Origin: Dicyema japonicum
Taxonomy: Eukaryota; Animalia; Dicyemida
Assembly (NCBI GenBank): GCA_011109175.1
Contig: RDEW01000098.1
Location: forward strand, 18,715-81,926
Length of the DNA: 63,212 bases
Direction of reading: 5' to 3'
The position numbers and the translations under genes were made by a program. Within the stretch, counting starts at the first letter, position 1. Every line of letters starts with the position of its first letter. Positions 24,797-36,552 of this stretch are shown here, one piece after another. The notes under the pieces are model-generated. The model ran no database searches. It was not told the origin of the DNA and saw only the letters and a list, made by a program, of their open reading frames with translations.

Positions 24797-26590
24797 TATA
24801 AATAAGGAACACAGACAAGAATCATTTGGAATACAAAGTTTCAGAATTAATAAAATAGCACAAAATTTGCAGCAATTTCAAAAATTTATTAAAAATTCTA
24901 GAGCGTTGGTACAATGACGGCTGTGTTCTTGCTCGAACTCGGAGGATGCTTCCAGAAAAAAGGCGATAACGAGAAGATTATGGCTGTTGACAAAGATTTA
25001 ATGGCTATACTCTAGGAACTCGTTCGCGATCCACGCAGCCGACTTCCTCAACAATTTGTTTCTTTGTTAAATAATTGTCATTAATAAAAAAATTAATCAC
25101 AAATATGTGCCATTATTGTTATTTACGCTTTGACCTTGAATTTAACCTTCGATCAAGCTCTTGACACTGATTAATTCAATTTTAAGATATTTTGCGCACT
25201 ATAGATAGAATTATCGGAATGAAAATTGCCAATATTGTCAAAGATAGAATATAAAAATATTCTTGATTTTTAATAAATAATACAATATCCGAAGATATAT
25301 CAAGACTAAATAGATTTAGTTTTCTTAGAAAATGCAGCAATTTTCAGTTTCAGGAAATACTCTTAAATTTAATGATAGGTGTCTTATATTATGAATAATC
25401 TGAAGGAAACCAGACATTGGTGAATCCCTCAAATGACTGAGAATCCATGAAACTACATTGTGAACGAATTCATTCTATTTTTCACTATGGCTTTAATAAA
25501 TGGAAGAGTATTGCAAAAATAATTTTTCATAATAAAAGAAAAATAATTCAAGAAGTAATATCGTCATGTCATAAATGCAAGCTTTTAAAGACGAAATCTC
25601 CATTAGTCAACAAAGTAGCGAAAAACCACGAGAACAATTGATTATAGAACGGTTTATTACATTGCTTACTTTTAGCTATCAAGTTAATTTAGTCGATCGT
25701 CGTTCTATTCAGAAATAAATGATTACAATAAAATCTTATGAATGTCATAGATATTTATCAAAATTTTGCTTTGCTAAAAAATAAAGCAAAGAAACAGTTA
25801 TAGTTTCAAAATCATTGAACACTATATTGCAATCTTATGGTCAATTAAAAATTCTGCAGTCTGACAACAAAACAGAATTTGTTAAGTTAGAAATAAAGTC
25901 ATTAAATGAAGATATTGAAATAATTCATAAAAGGGTACGTCCAATGAATGCAGAATAACAGGGACAAGTGGAGCGTTGCAATCGAACAATTTGCCGATGG
26001 TTCCAAAAAGAAATGTATACCAGTACAATATATCTATTCATTCTGCTATAAATATGTCACTTTTTTTGGCTTTTTCCAAACAAAAGGAAATAATATTTCT
26101 TATTTAATAATGAGGAAATAATAAAGAACATGAAAATCAATTTATTGCAAATGACAAATATCTTGAAAGAATGAATAAAAAAATCGAAAAAAATATCAGT
26201 TGGAAATAATGTGTTATTGATAATAACTGATACAAATCAAAAAACCAAAAAAACGAAAATTAGAATCTTTTTATTATAAACAGAGTTTTATTGTCGAGGA
26301 ATTGATTTCAGAAAACAAAATAAAAATAAAAAATAAATATAAAAATGAACTCAGGGGTTGGATCACAACCTAAAAAAATTTGATACTTTTTGAATAACAG
26401 ACAGTTTTTGAGTAATAAATTTGAACAGTTGTTGATATTTTTTAAAACCAATAAAACATTTTTAAGGAAAAAAGTATCAAAAGTACCGCGGTCTAAAGCC
26501 TCATAGGGGACTAGTAGTAATTGGAAAATTTTCTGAATAGGCCTTTCGATTAGGGTCTATAAGTTGCATTGCAAAATAAAAAATATTGTC
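24797..26590 (+). repeat. Direct repeat R2, containing a KRBA2/Ginger-like integrase relic (about 25380-26300)
   Basis: HYGFNK..EVISSCHKCK (HHCC finger), ILQSDNKTEF and QGQVERCNRTI. Confidence 0.85.
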
Positions 26591-26731
26591 TTGTAAATTT
26601 TGGTTAAAATTTCTTTAATTTTTTTTGAATTTTTATGTGATTAACCATTTTTGAAATAAATTATCATCTTTTTTACGATCATATTAAAAAATTGATTCCT
26701 GGATTTTATTGCCGTTTTTGCTAATTTAATA

Positions 26732-29700
26732 CAGTAAACTCTCTCAAATATGTTACTCTTAAATTTGCCAATTCTGAAATTTCATTTTTATCGATTTTTT
26801 CTATTTTTCAATGATATTTGCCAATTCTGAAAATTGCCAACATTTTAAAATATTATTTTTATTTTTTATTTTTATATATTTTTAAAAATTTAAATACTTT
26901 AAAGCAAGCATGTGTCGGAATGTTCCTGTTGGAGGCTACACCAGACTTTCAATTGCTCAAAAAATGGAAATATTGCGGTATAAAGAAAACGATAAATTAC
27001 CTTCATCTCAGGCGATATGCAACATATTTTCTTCTATTTTTAAAAGAGAATCCAGAATATTAATGAATGCAGAATCTCTTTTATTTCAGTTCAAGAACAG
27101 AAATCCTGAACTAAAAACTTGTAAAATATTAAAATACCTTTAGCTAGATGAAAATTTAGTAGATTAGATGGATACAATGGAATCAAAAGGTACACTATTT
27201 ACTCTAACATTATGGTGGTTTATTGAACGATTCTCTATTATTACAAAAGGTAGAATTCTTCGCTAAAGAACTTTCGTTAACTAATTTTAAAAATTCTTAC
27301 GGGTTTCTGGAGAAATAAAAAAAACAGATTTCGAATGCGTAAATTACACGGCGAAATGCGCACTGAAAAACATGTGGGTATTGATGGCTTTTAAAAGAAT
27401 TTGAAGAAGTTTCAGAGTTACTCGTCTGAAAATATTTATAACTTGAATCACATAAGAAGTTAAATCTTAGGGATACTGTATTGTTTGTAAAAATGGCATG
27501 GGAAGATGTGAAATCTCAAACAATTTCAAACTGTTTTAAACGTTTAGAACGTACAGAATGCGAATCAGAATTTACTAACATAAATGTAACAGATGAAATT
27601 GTATCCAAAACAGATATTTATGATCCTATTGAAATAAAAGAATTTATTTCAATTGATTACAGTGAAATAGAGGATTGATGAAGAAGAGAAATTAATTCCT
27701 ATTGAGGACCAAGAAGAATCCGGTTGTGTAGAAGTACATCAGTCATTAAACAAGGCTGAAATGCTTTGAAAATTAAGAGAGAACTAAAATTATCTAGAAA
27801 ACATTGAAAATGACAATGATGCAGAATTCATTACTTCAATAAGAAGATATAAAGAAAATATCAAAAATTCTAATAAGAGGGAATTTGGAATTGATTAGTA
27901 CTTTAATAAAATTTAATTAATTTTTGTTTCCTTAGTAAAAAATATTTTTTCTTTAAAAATAAAATTTATTAATTTAAATTGTTTAATTATCTTTAAATAA
28001 ATCAACGATAATCTCAGATGGAAAATAAAGAACGAAAAGAAGACAACGTACGAGATCAAAGCCAGTACGGACAAATCAAGTATGTCTTTTATTTGGACAA
28101 TCGAATAAAAGGAAATTTGGAATAAACTGCACACTATGTGAATCATTTGTCTATTTGGGATACATAAAAATGAGTAAAGCTGAGACCCTGTCGAGTTGGC
28201 TGCGCCCCTCTTGTATTGGAATGGAGGCCCACAGGCGGGAAACAATAGCTCAGCCAAACTTACACTGCCACATACAGACCACACTCTCTTGAAGATCTCG
28301 AACCTCCGGAAAGCATGAAGATCCCAGTAAAAATCCTAAAGGAGTACGAATTGCAGCAGCAACGTGTCTTTCAAATTCCATTAATCACGCACTATCTTCT
28401 GACAGTTGGGAATCCTGGCTAAAACTTATATGCTTTGCACCTGTCGCACTCGGAATACCTACAAAGGAATCTGAAGATAGTAATAAAGAAACAAACTCCC
28501 GACTCAACTTATCCGAGAAACTGAAACGAAACATAATCAATTTTAGCTGTCATAACATACACGCAATACTTGAACAGCCACTTAATGTCAATGAGGTCGA
28601 AACCAGAGGAGCATACACCAACTAAAGGAGAAAGTAAACCGAAACTTCTAGGGCGACGCGGGCAGCTCTATGGGTTATCACGTCCGATGGCACAGTATTG
28701 TCTTGTAACCCTGAGGTCTTAAATACCTTAATACTGAAGCACCCAGATGACTGACTATGAAAAGTTTTTGAATCCTGAAGGAACCCGGAGATTATCATTA
28801 CAGAATCCGAAGTGCGCCACGGAATAACTTCCTTCGCCGCTAGCAGCGGTGGAGGCTTGGAAGGGTTACGTATATTAAGGACCTTACGTCCCCATACACC
28901 TCGGAAGCTTGACGCTGAATTGTCAAATCAATTACGGACCTAATCAGAAAAATGGTTAACGGCGACATCTCAGAGTATGCCAGAGAATTGCTCTTCTTGC
29001 AAGGCTACTTGCTTTCAAAAATCCCAATGGAGGAATCCGCTCCATTGCGATCAGGAACTATATTAGAAGACTTGCAGCAAAGGTAGATCGACCCTGGTGA
29101 GCCGACAACTTGGAGAGGAGTTCTTTCTTAAACAAATGGTCTTAGTATCCAGAACGGATGTGATGCTTCGGTTCATGCAGAAGGCGTTTTTTCACATAGA
29201 AAAATATCTCAAATGAATGCATTGGAATCAAGTTGGACATAACGAATGCCTTCAATTCTCTCAGAAGAGATAAAATTATGGAAAATTGTTGGAAGAGGGC
29301 TCCAAAGCTTTTCCCTCTTGTCAAATTATCTTATGGGGACGATACGTATCTGTTTTTTGAAAATGAAATTATTAAATCAAAAACGGGGATCCAACAAGGA
29401 GATCCGCTCGGACCTCTCTTATTTTCCTTGATTTATTGATGATGTTTGAGATCAATTGATGCCCAGCTAAATCTCTGGTACCTCGATGATGCCACAATTG
29501 AAGGATCATTCATCTCTCTCAAGCTGCAGCTATTGGACACGGCAAGTCCTTCATAACACTATTGGACTTTGCTGGAATGAGTCATTTTACGAAGCTTGTC
29601 GGAAATGGAACGGGTCCGGACTCAAAATCCCCGAAGACACAACAAAGCAAAGTAATCGGGATAACATTGTCTGCTCCAAAATTTTGGAAGACCTTAAAAA

Positions 29701-30579
29701 AGAAGCAAATCAACATCGTCTGGCTTGTTTGGTGTCAGCTTCAAGTAGAGGGAGTGGAGCTTGGCTTGGTGCAATACCTTGCCCCTAACCTCGGGACCTT
29801 ATTGGACGCCGATTCTTTGAGGATTGAAATTGGACAAAGGCTGGGACAAAATGTTTGCCAGGAGCACCGATGCAGATCGGAAAAACTGTCGATGTTAAGG
29901 GAGTGCACCCGAATATCCTGCAGAAGAAGCTCCGAAGAGGACCACGTCATGCTGCTCTGAACGATGTGATTGTCAGAGCTCTGAAAGCTACAAGCTCCTT
30001 AACACAGTTTGAACCAGTGGGTCTTGATCGAGGAGATGAAAAGAGACCTGACGGGATGACCCTTTTCCCCTTCACGTATGGAGATCTTTGGTCTGGACGC
30101 AACTTGTGTACACGTTCTCAAGCACGAATATTTACAAATCGGTTCAAACACCTGGAGCAGCTGCTTCGACTGCGGAGAACTTAAAAATAAAGAAATATTC
30201 TTGCCTCGGGAATCGCTACCGATTTACTCCTGTTGCGACCGAATCATCGGAAGTCGTTGGTTCAATGACGGCTGAGTATTTGCGAGAACTTAGAGGAATG
30301 CTTGCCAAAAACAAAAGGGATCAACGAGAAAGATTTTGGCTTAGACAAAAGATTGGATTGGCCAAACTCCGAGAACTCGTTCGCAATCCACGCAGCAGGC
30401 TTCCTCAACTGACATTTGTTCAATAGTCAAAAAAAATAAATAAAATAAAACAAAATTGCATTCGTAAATAAATTAATTAATTAAAACTTCAATTAAAATT
30501 TTATTCTGAAATCTGCCAATTCTCAAATTTGCCACAATTTTGCTGGAACCAACAACGGCAAATTTGAGAGAGTTTACTG
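26732..30579 (+). mobile_element. pogo/Tigger-like DNA transposon interrupted by CRE family B
   Basis: Perfect 18-bp TIRs (CAGTAAACTCTCTCAAAT / ATTTGAGAGAGTTTACTG), both TA-flanked. HTH RLSIAQKMEIL and C-terminal FVKMAWEDVKSQTISNCFKR. Confidence 0.9.
27990..30460 (+). mobile_element. CRE-like family B element, degraded and internally deleted
   Basis: Degenerate PHD near 28100-28220, IRSIAIRNY, DITNAFN, QQGDPLGP, WYLDDA, GAWLGAIP, RHAALND, KRPDGMT and WLRQKIG. Confidence 0.9.
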
Positions 30580-30639
30580 TATTATTTTTTTAATTTAGGA
30601 CACCAATAAAAATACAATCAATAATGTAATTAAATTAAC

Positions 30640-30870
30640 ACGGCCAACCATCTAAAGGTGACCCCGCCGACATTATCGAAGTTGCGCTGCCTTTCATGAT
30701 TGCAACAAAGATCAACTGGAAAAGCCATCGGGTCTCACGTGCGTTGTGGCATATAGTGTAGCTAGGCGTTCAAGTTTCTTTAAGAAGCGAAGCGATTTTC
30801 CATTTATTCCGCCAGTTGTCTTGACCACAATGGGATAGAAAGTGAACCGATCGTGCTATAAGAATCGCTA
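30640..30870 (-). mobile_element. CRE family C 3'-end fragment
   Basis: High similarity to 13200-13430. Confidence 0.85.
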
Positions 30871-30999
30871 GTCTCAGTATGTATTAACAAATTAGTAATG
30901 AAATCTGCATAAATTCAAAAATTTGATAACTTATAGACAACATTGTCTTGGCTTTACGTTATTTAGATATTCTGGTTGCAGCCTCAAGACTGCGACGTT

Positions 31000-31560
31000 A
31001 CTTAGATAGAAAAAATGTTTCGTTAAAGAACCATTGCTTATCAATTAGCCAAGAGAATTCAGTCATTTAATTAATCACTCATAAGCAAGTGGATAATATT
31101 GAAATCTCATTTATCAAACACCAGAAAACCCTGGGAATTACCGTCGATATGGATATATGGTTCTCTCAGTAAAACGAAAGCTTGATTATCAAATGTGAGA
31201 AAAACTCTGACCCGTTTTAAACCTCTCAGGTTATGGAAGGCAGAAAACCATCTAGTCTTAAAAAAGAATTATAGCTTTTTTATGCATCTCCATGCATTTG
31301 CTGATTGTGGTCCATTCTTTTGTTGGACCAAATTTAAAAATATTGTAGCTACATAGAACAATCATACACAGTGGATTTTCGGGAAGAAAAACCCAGTACC
31401 AACATCTTAAAGTCATTGATATGTGTAAACAGTGCGTAATGTTTGTTCTATGAAAAAGTTTCCCATTCAGTACGTACTCGTGAGCTAAGAGAGGATCATA
31501 GTCTCAATCTAAAGAACTGTTGGAACGTGTCAATTTATGCGTTTTAATAGTGGTGTTAGA
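31000..31560 (+). mobile_element. Highly degraded LINE RT C-terminal fragment
   Basis: K.LGITVD-like motif and thumb-like remnants only. Confidence 0.3.
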
Positions 31561-31964
31561 TAACTAAATAAAATAAAGGAAGACAAAAACATGCTTGGAA
31601 TTAATTTGCACGGACACTTCTTTAATAGGAATTTGTTTAAGTCATCGTTGCACGCAGGTTCCGCAGCGAACACTACTGAAGATTTGAAAAGACATGTTTA
31701 TTTTTTATTTTGTTAACTCCGGGATCACCGCGAACGAAAGACAGAGTAAAGTCAACTAGTTAAGGGATCACAGATCCCGCAACCAAACTTGCCAATAAGC
31801 CTGTGCGTCTCCATTGTATCAAATATCGAACGAAATGCCTTCTTTGATCCTTGAAGAGGAAGCCGATTGGGGAAGGAAATTTCTTAGCTAACCGATTTTC
31901 TTTTGCGTGAACAGTAAGAAGTTTAGTCCCTGGATTGAGAAGTTTCTTGTGACAGGCATCCAAG

Positions 31965-33030
31965 TATTATTATTATAAACAACAGTCGTAAAATCATATT
32001 AGTTATAATTTTAATCGTGCAGCATTCAAAACTATCATCCAAACCAACTTCTTTTAACCTCTAGATCGTAAGAGAGTTTCCTCAACTCGTCCCCAATTCT
32101 TAGACGTTTGTCAAGTGTTTCAAGAAGTGTAATACGCAGGCGTCCACGAAGGCACGATCCCCTCTCACAAAGAAGTTTTCCATTGCTATGTTTGCTGGAG
32201 CGCCCATGTCTAAATAGTCTCCAGGATCGCCTTGACAAAAACTTCATACAGTCTCAAACGAAGTGATGTTCAGGATCGTCGTTTACCAATCCACTCTTTC
32301 TTCAACTTGTTCATCGTACCCTTCTGGCAATATCTTGACTGTCTCCAAGTGAAGAGCCAAGTTTGCTTGCTTTTCGCCACGTTTAACTTGATCTGCTTTC
32401 CATTCTCCTGATTTCCGCAATGTCAGTTATGCGGTGTTCATTCCAATGAACCATCGGTTCAGCTCAGCAGGGGCCACCTCGAGGAGTCGAAGTAAGGCCG
32501 ATTTGTCTTTGGCACAAAGTCGACGTCGTCCGCATAAGCAATTTAGATGATGTTGACATCATAGAACGTCCGAAAATCTCATAGCACCGCCTCCAGATAT
32601 ATGACAAATAGCAGGGACGAGAAAGAATCTCCATGGAGAGTACCAACATTGCACGTAAATTCACTGGAAAACGTCTTACCAACGAGCACTCTGAGCTTTG
32701 TGTTAGAAGGCAACACTCTGATCATACTGACAGAATCAGGGTCCAATAATTGTTCCAGTATTGAGAAGTAGACCACGATGGACCATGTCAAAGGCCCTAG
32801 AGAATTCTATTACCAGGACTGTAGCTGCACTTTCAAATCTCTGGTTGATAGCGCAGCGCCACTTGTGGCTCCATACTACATCCGCAGTGGATCTTCCTGT
32901 CCTGAATCTACTGTGACTAGGGGATAGATATTTGTCCACTTGTTCTCTAATTCAGTTAAGCGTAACTAATGCCAGAAGTTTCCGTAGGGTGTTTAGCAGG
33001 ATTATTGGACGTAGGTTTTCAACAGGCCCA
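31965..33030 (-). mobile_element. RTE-like LINE, degraded, with (TAA)n tail
   Basis: RFRTGRSTAD, FSRAFDMVHR, GTLHGDSFSSLLFVIY, YADDVD and GRLRITL. Confidence 0.85.
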
Positions 33031-34278
33031 TGTCTGAGTATGTCCGATGAAAAAAACATGTTATAACAACTTTTCTTTATTTAAATTTAAATAAAATAAA
33101 TATTTAATAATAGATGAATAAATTTTAATAACCAATAATTCTCACGATCGCAGTTAGAATGAGAAAAGTCTACAACACTAAGAAAATGAACGAAAACTTG
33201 GTGTTGTCCCAGGTAGCTACTACCAAGCAAACCATTAATTAGTTGTTCTCTGAGGAAAAAAACTTGATCTGTTAGCTATGTAGGTACTTTTTATACAGGC
33301 AGGTAAACCAAATGAAAGTCTGGCATTCAAATCGCACTCAAATCCATCCAAACCACAGATGTGGAGTTTTAAGAAGTTTAATGTAGCAGGGGAGAGTAAA
33401 ATCTTTTTGTCTCATTTTGACACTATTTACACAGGTTTATAACATGACGCAACGCTAATTGAAGGATTAAACAACTGGGAAAACTAAGAAAAGAACCATC
33501 GACAAATAATCTGATGTATTTGAAAAACGTATAATGATAACTGTCATGGCGGCACAGTGTAATTATTACTAGCTAGTAATTCTTGAATCCTTATTTTTTA
33601 CTAAAAAAATCATTAAAGTTAATTATTACAAAAACTAAACAGTAATAGTTATAAAAATCTTAAATCTTAGACTCTTATTGCGATATTGATCTCATTATTT
33701 AAACTCCTTATGACGAGGCTTTTTTAGAAAATCAATTTAGTCGAAAAAACATTTAAACTAATTATAATCATAGTCATGCATTATCATCGTCACCAAGATT
33801 ATTTCAGATATCAATAAAAAGTTCTGAAAATTAAAAATAATTACCGAGGAAATGGTCTCCGTCGTGACGTCTCGCGTTATTGGTCCTAGCGAGTCTAAGT
33901 TCATCAGGTTATTCGGACAGCTTGGAGGCTGCGGAAGGGTGGCCTAGAAAGACGCGATGGTTCTTGGGCTCGTAATCATGAAAGGTAACTCTTATCGTGT
34001 GTTCAATGTTGCAGGCCATAATGAGACCTTGTCATATATAAATCTCATTTAGCAAGGAATCTCTGCTCAGTAACCTTAAGCCATCTATAAACACTAGTAA
34101 AACACCCCTGCCATAAATGGAGACATCTAAATAGCAGTCACTGAGCATTTGAAGTCAATTATGTTTAACCAAATGCGACATATTGCCCACAAAATAGAAG
34201 CAACCGAGAAATTCAAGGTATACATCAAATAATCCTTAAGAAACCAGACAAAATTTAAGAAATCCAAAAATCCGATAA

Positions 34279-35178
34279 CTAAGCTATTTTTTCATCAAGA
34301 AGTGTGTATCGTCCCTCGGACTTTGATGACCAAAGATTTCTCATTTTCTGCAACATTAAACCAAACAAACCATCAGCAAAGGTCGTCTCATAAACAAAAT
34401 CACAAATATCACTGCAAGCATCACGACAAAAAATCCCAACACACGGTTCATACTGAACTTAAATATATTATTAATCTTCTCTAGCAGTTCAGCATTCTCT
34501 ACAATTAGCTAAATTTATGCCTTCCGATGATTTCACTCCGTCATTCTTAGGATTATTCTGAGGATTCTCAACACCCTTCTCTTTATCTGACGAATCCTAT
34601 TTTGGCTTCACTTCGACATTCTTCTGATTTCCTTTATGCGGTAAATTATACTTTGGGGGTTTTATCACATTTTGTTGTGCGTTGGGCTGATGATCACTGG
34701 GATTTTTGTTGTAATTCTCACTATTAGGAGGATTTTTGTTGGGATCTTTAACTTCGACGACTTTATTTAGAGCACGTAGTATATTTTTATGATTATCATC
34801 ATTCACATGATCATATGGATGGTACTTTGAGTTGTGCATGGGAGGGTACAACTTCTTAGGGTCAGTCTTGTTATCGATAAGCGATTCCTCGTGATGGTTA
34901 TTGCCCCTTTGCCGATTCAGATCAGACAACGGTCTCTTACTCGTTTTTTGCGGACGCTTATTATCAGGATTGGCCATTTCTTTATTATTACCATGTGTCG
35001 AAATTCTGATTTAGGTTAAGCTCACTTGAGTAAGTTTAAGATTGCTACCGGATTTTGTCCAGGATTTGAGACTCATATGACAAATGACTTGGATGCTCCT
35101 CAGAACTACCGTAAGTTAATAGAAACCCTTATTGATCATTAAATAGTCCTTACCGACAAGTGGCACCAACATTATCAT
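34279..35178 (-). CDS. Type-I membrane protein with low-complexity ectodomain (TGN38/KCT2-like architecture), micro-intron gene
   Basis: Hand splicing gives signal-like MIMLVPLVGFLLTY, an N/P/K/D-rich ectodomain (ORF 34597-34977), TM VLGFFVVMLAVIFVILFM-RR and tail KMRNLWSSKSEGRYTLLDEKIA. Candidate introns: 35128-35153 (26 nt), 35006-35025 (20), 34597-34617 (21), 34499-34520 (22, GC-AG), 34348-34370 (23). One further 5' intron is ambiguous (17 or 38 nt). Confidence 0.6.
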
Positions 35179-35339
35179 TGAATGATGTCAAATATTTGCA
35201 TAATTATTTATTATTTTATTGTAAATTATATTAATATTTAATTATTATATTACTTAAAATATTTAAACGTCAACACATTGTAATTTTAACTATTATTATA
35301 ATATTTTTTGCCTATAAATAATATTACAGACTCTTCTGA

Positions 35340-36160
35340 ACAGAATCTGACAATCTTCCATCCACTTTGCCCATTATGCCTTCTCGACTACCAGAATACG
35401 GGCCACTTTCCACTTTCGAAGCGCAATGGGTAACTCTTACTTCATGTGACTGGAAAACGTCGAATCTCACTCCAAGGATCTTCTGGATTCGCTTAGAAGG
35501 AATGGGAATGTTTTCGAAAATACCTCTAGTCCACCATTGAATCTCTTGACAAAATATGATAAACTAAGACTTGGATGCAGACACAGAAAGCAAATTCACA
35601 GGTAGCCAATCACAAACCCATTTGAGGTGTGGCTGAACTACCGCCACAGCCCTGGAAGGAGATTTGGCCTCCGCACCAATAATCAGGTCGTCCGCGTATG
35701 ATAAAAACATAGTGTCCTGATTTTTGATAGTAGGTAAATCATGTAGAAATAAGTTAAATAGGAAGAGACAGAGTGGAATCTTGTGGGACCCCATTAGGGA
35801 GTAGTCTTGATTTTGAATTAATTTATCCAATCCGGATTCTTCCACGTCAGCCAGTTAAGAAATTTTTCAGCCATAGCATGATGTTCGGATGTAAACTTGA
35901 ATTAAATATTTTTTTCAGGAGTGTCATCGAAACAGAGTCAAGGCTTTCTGTATATCTATAGACACCTGAGCCGTCTGTATGTTCAGCTTAATTTTAAAGC
36001 CGTCTGTGATGAACTGGGAGACAGATCCCAAATGAGTTGTTGTCGAACGACCTGCTATAAAGACATGTTGAAAATCAGGTAATTGTAGAACACGCGCTAA
36101 AAATAATAATTTATTTTTAAGGACGCTGCAAAGTTTTAGGGCGAATAATTTTTTATGTAT
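35340..36160 (-). mobile_element. Degraded LINE RT fragment (Jockey/I/CR1-like)
   Basis: GRSTTTHL, SIDIQKA and LFNLFLHDLP..FLSYADDL..VSASKS. Confidence 0.75.
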
Positions 36161-36550
36161 ACCTAAAAAATAATTAATTTTCAGATTATCAATATATTTC
36201 ATTATGTTAATTAGTTTAATAACTGAGTTATAGAAAAGATTGTCTCAGCTAAGTGATCCAAGGTAGGTATCCTATTTTTCACTTCATTTGGAATGTACTC
36301 AGGTCATATTTTTGGGAGTTTTCAAGGTATCTGTGAAAGAGTAAATAGAGAGAAATATTTTAAGGGTCATCACCTTAAGGAATATCAGTTGTCACTCGAA
36401 CAAAGTGTTTTGAGAAGATCATCCTTTTCTGTGTGATTTTCGAATTAATCGGATTTTAAAAGCAATAATGTTAAAAAATTAATTTATATTTTAAACCATG
36501 CCAAGCTATAAAAAATCAAACAACTATTATTTCAAACTGGGAAACGAGTA
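36160..36550. repeat. ~400-bp block co-duplicated downstream of LAMP-like paralogs 1 and 2 (second copy about 42430-42880)
   Basis: Colinear similarity, e.g. TTTTCAGATTATCAATATATTTCATTATGTTA and CCATGCCAAG/ATCTATAAAAAA. Confidence 0.8.
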
Positions 36551-36552
36551 AA

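Noticed and set aside
22028-26590. LTR retrotransposon with 1.75-kb LTRs
   Set aside because: No TG..CA termini, PBS or PPT were seen. The repeats contain a CRE tail and an integrase relic, and the interior is a LINE fragment.
34597-34599. Non-standard genetic code (TAG or TGA read-through)
   Set aside because: The intact 351-aa gene has no in-frame TAG or TGA, uses TGG for Trp and CAA/CAG for Gln. The stops seen are explained by introns or decay.
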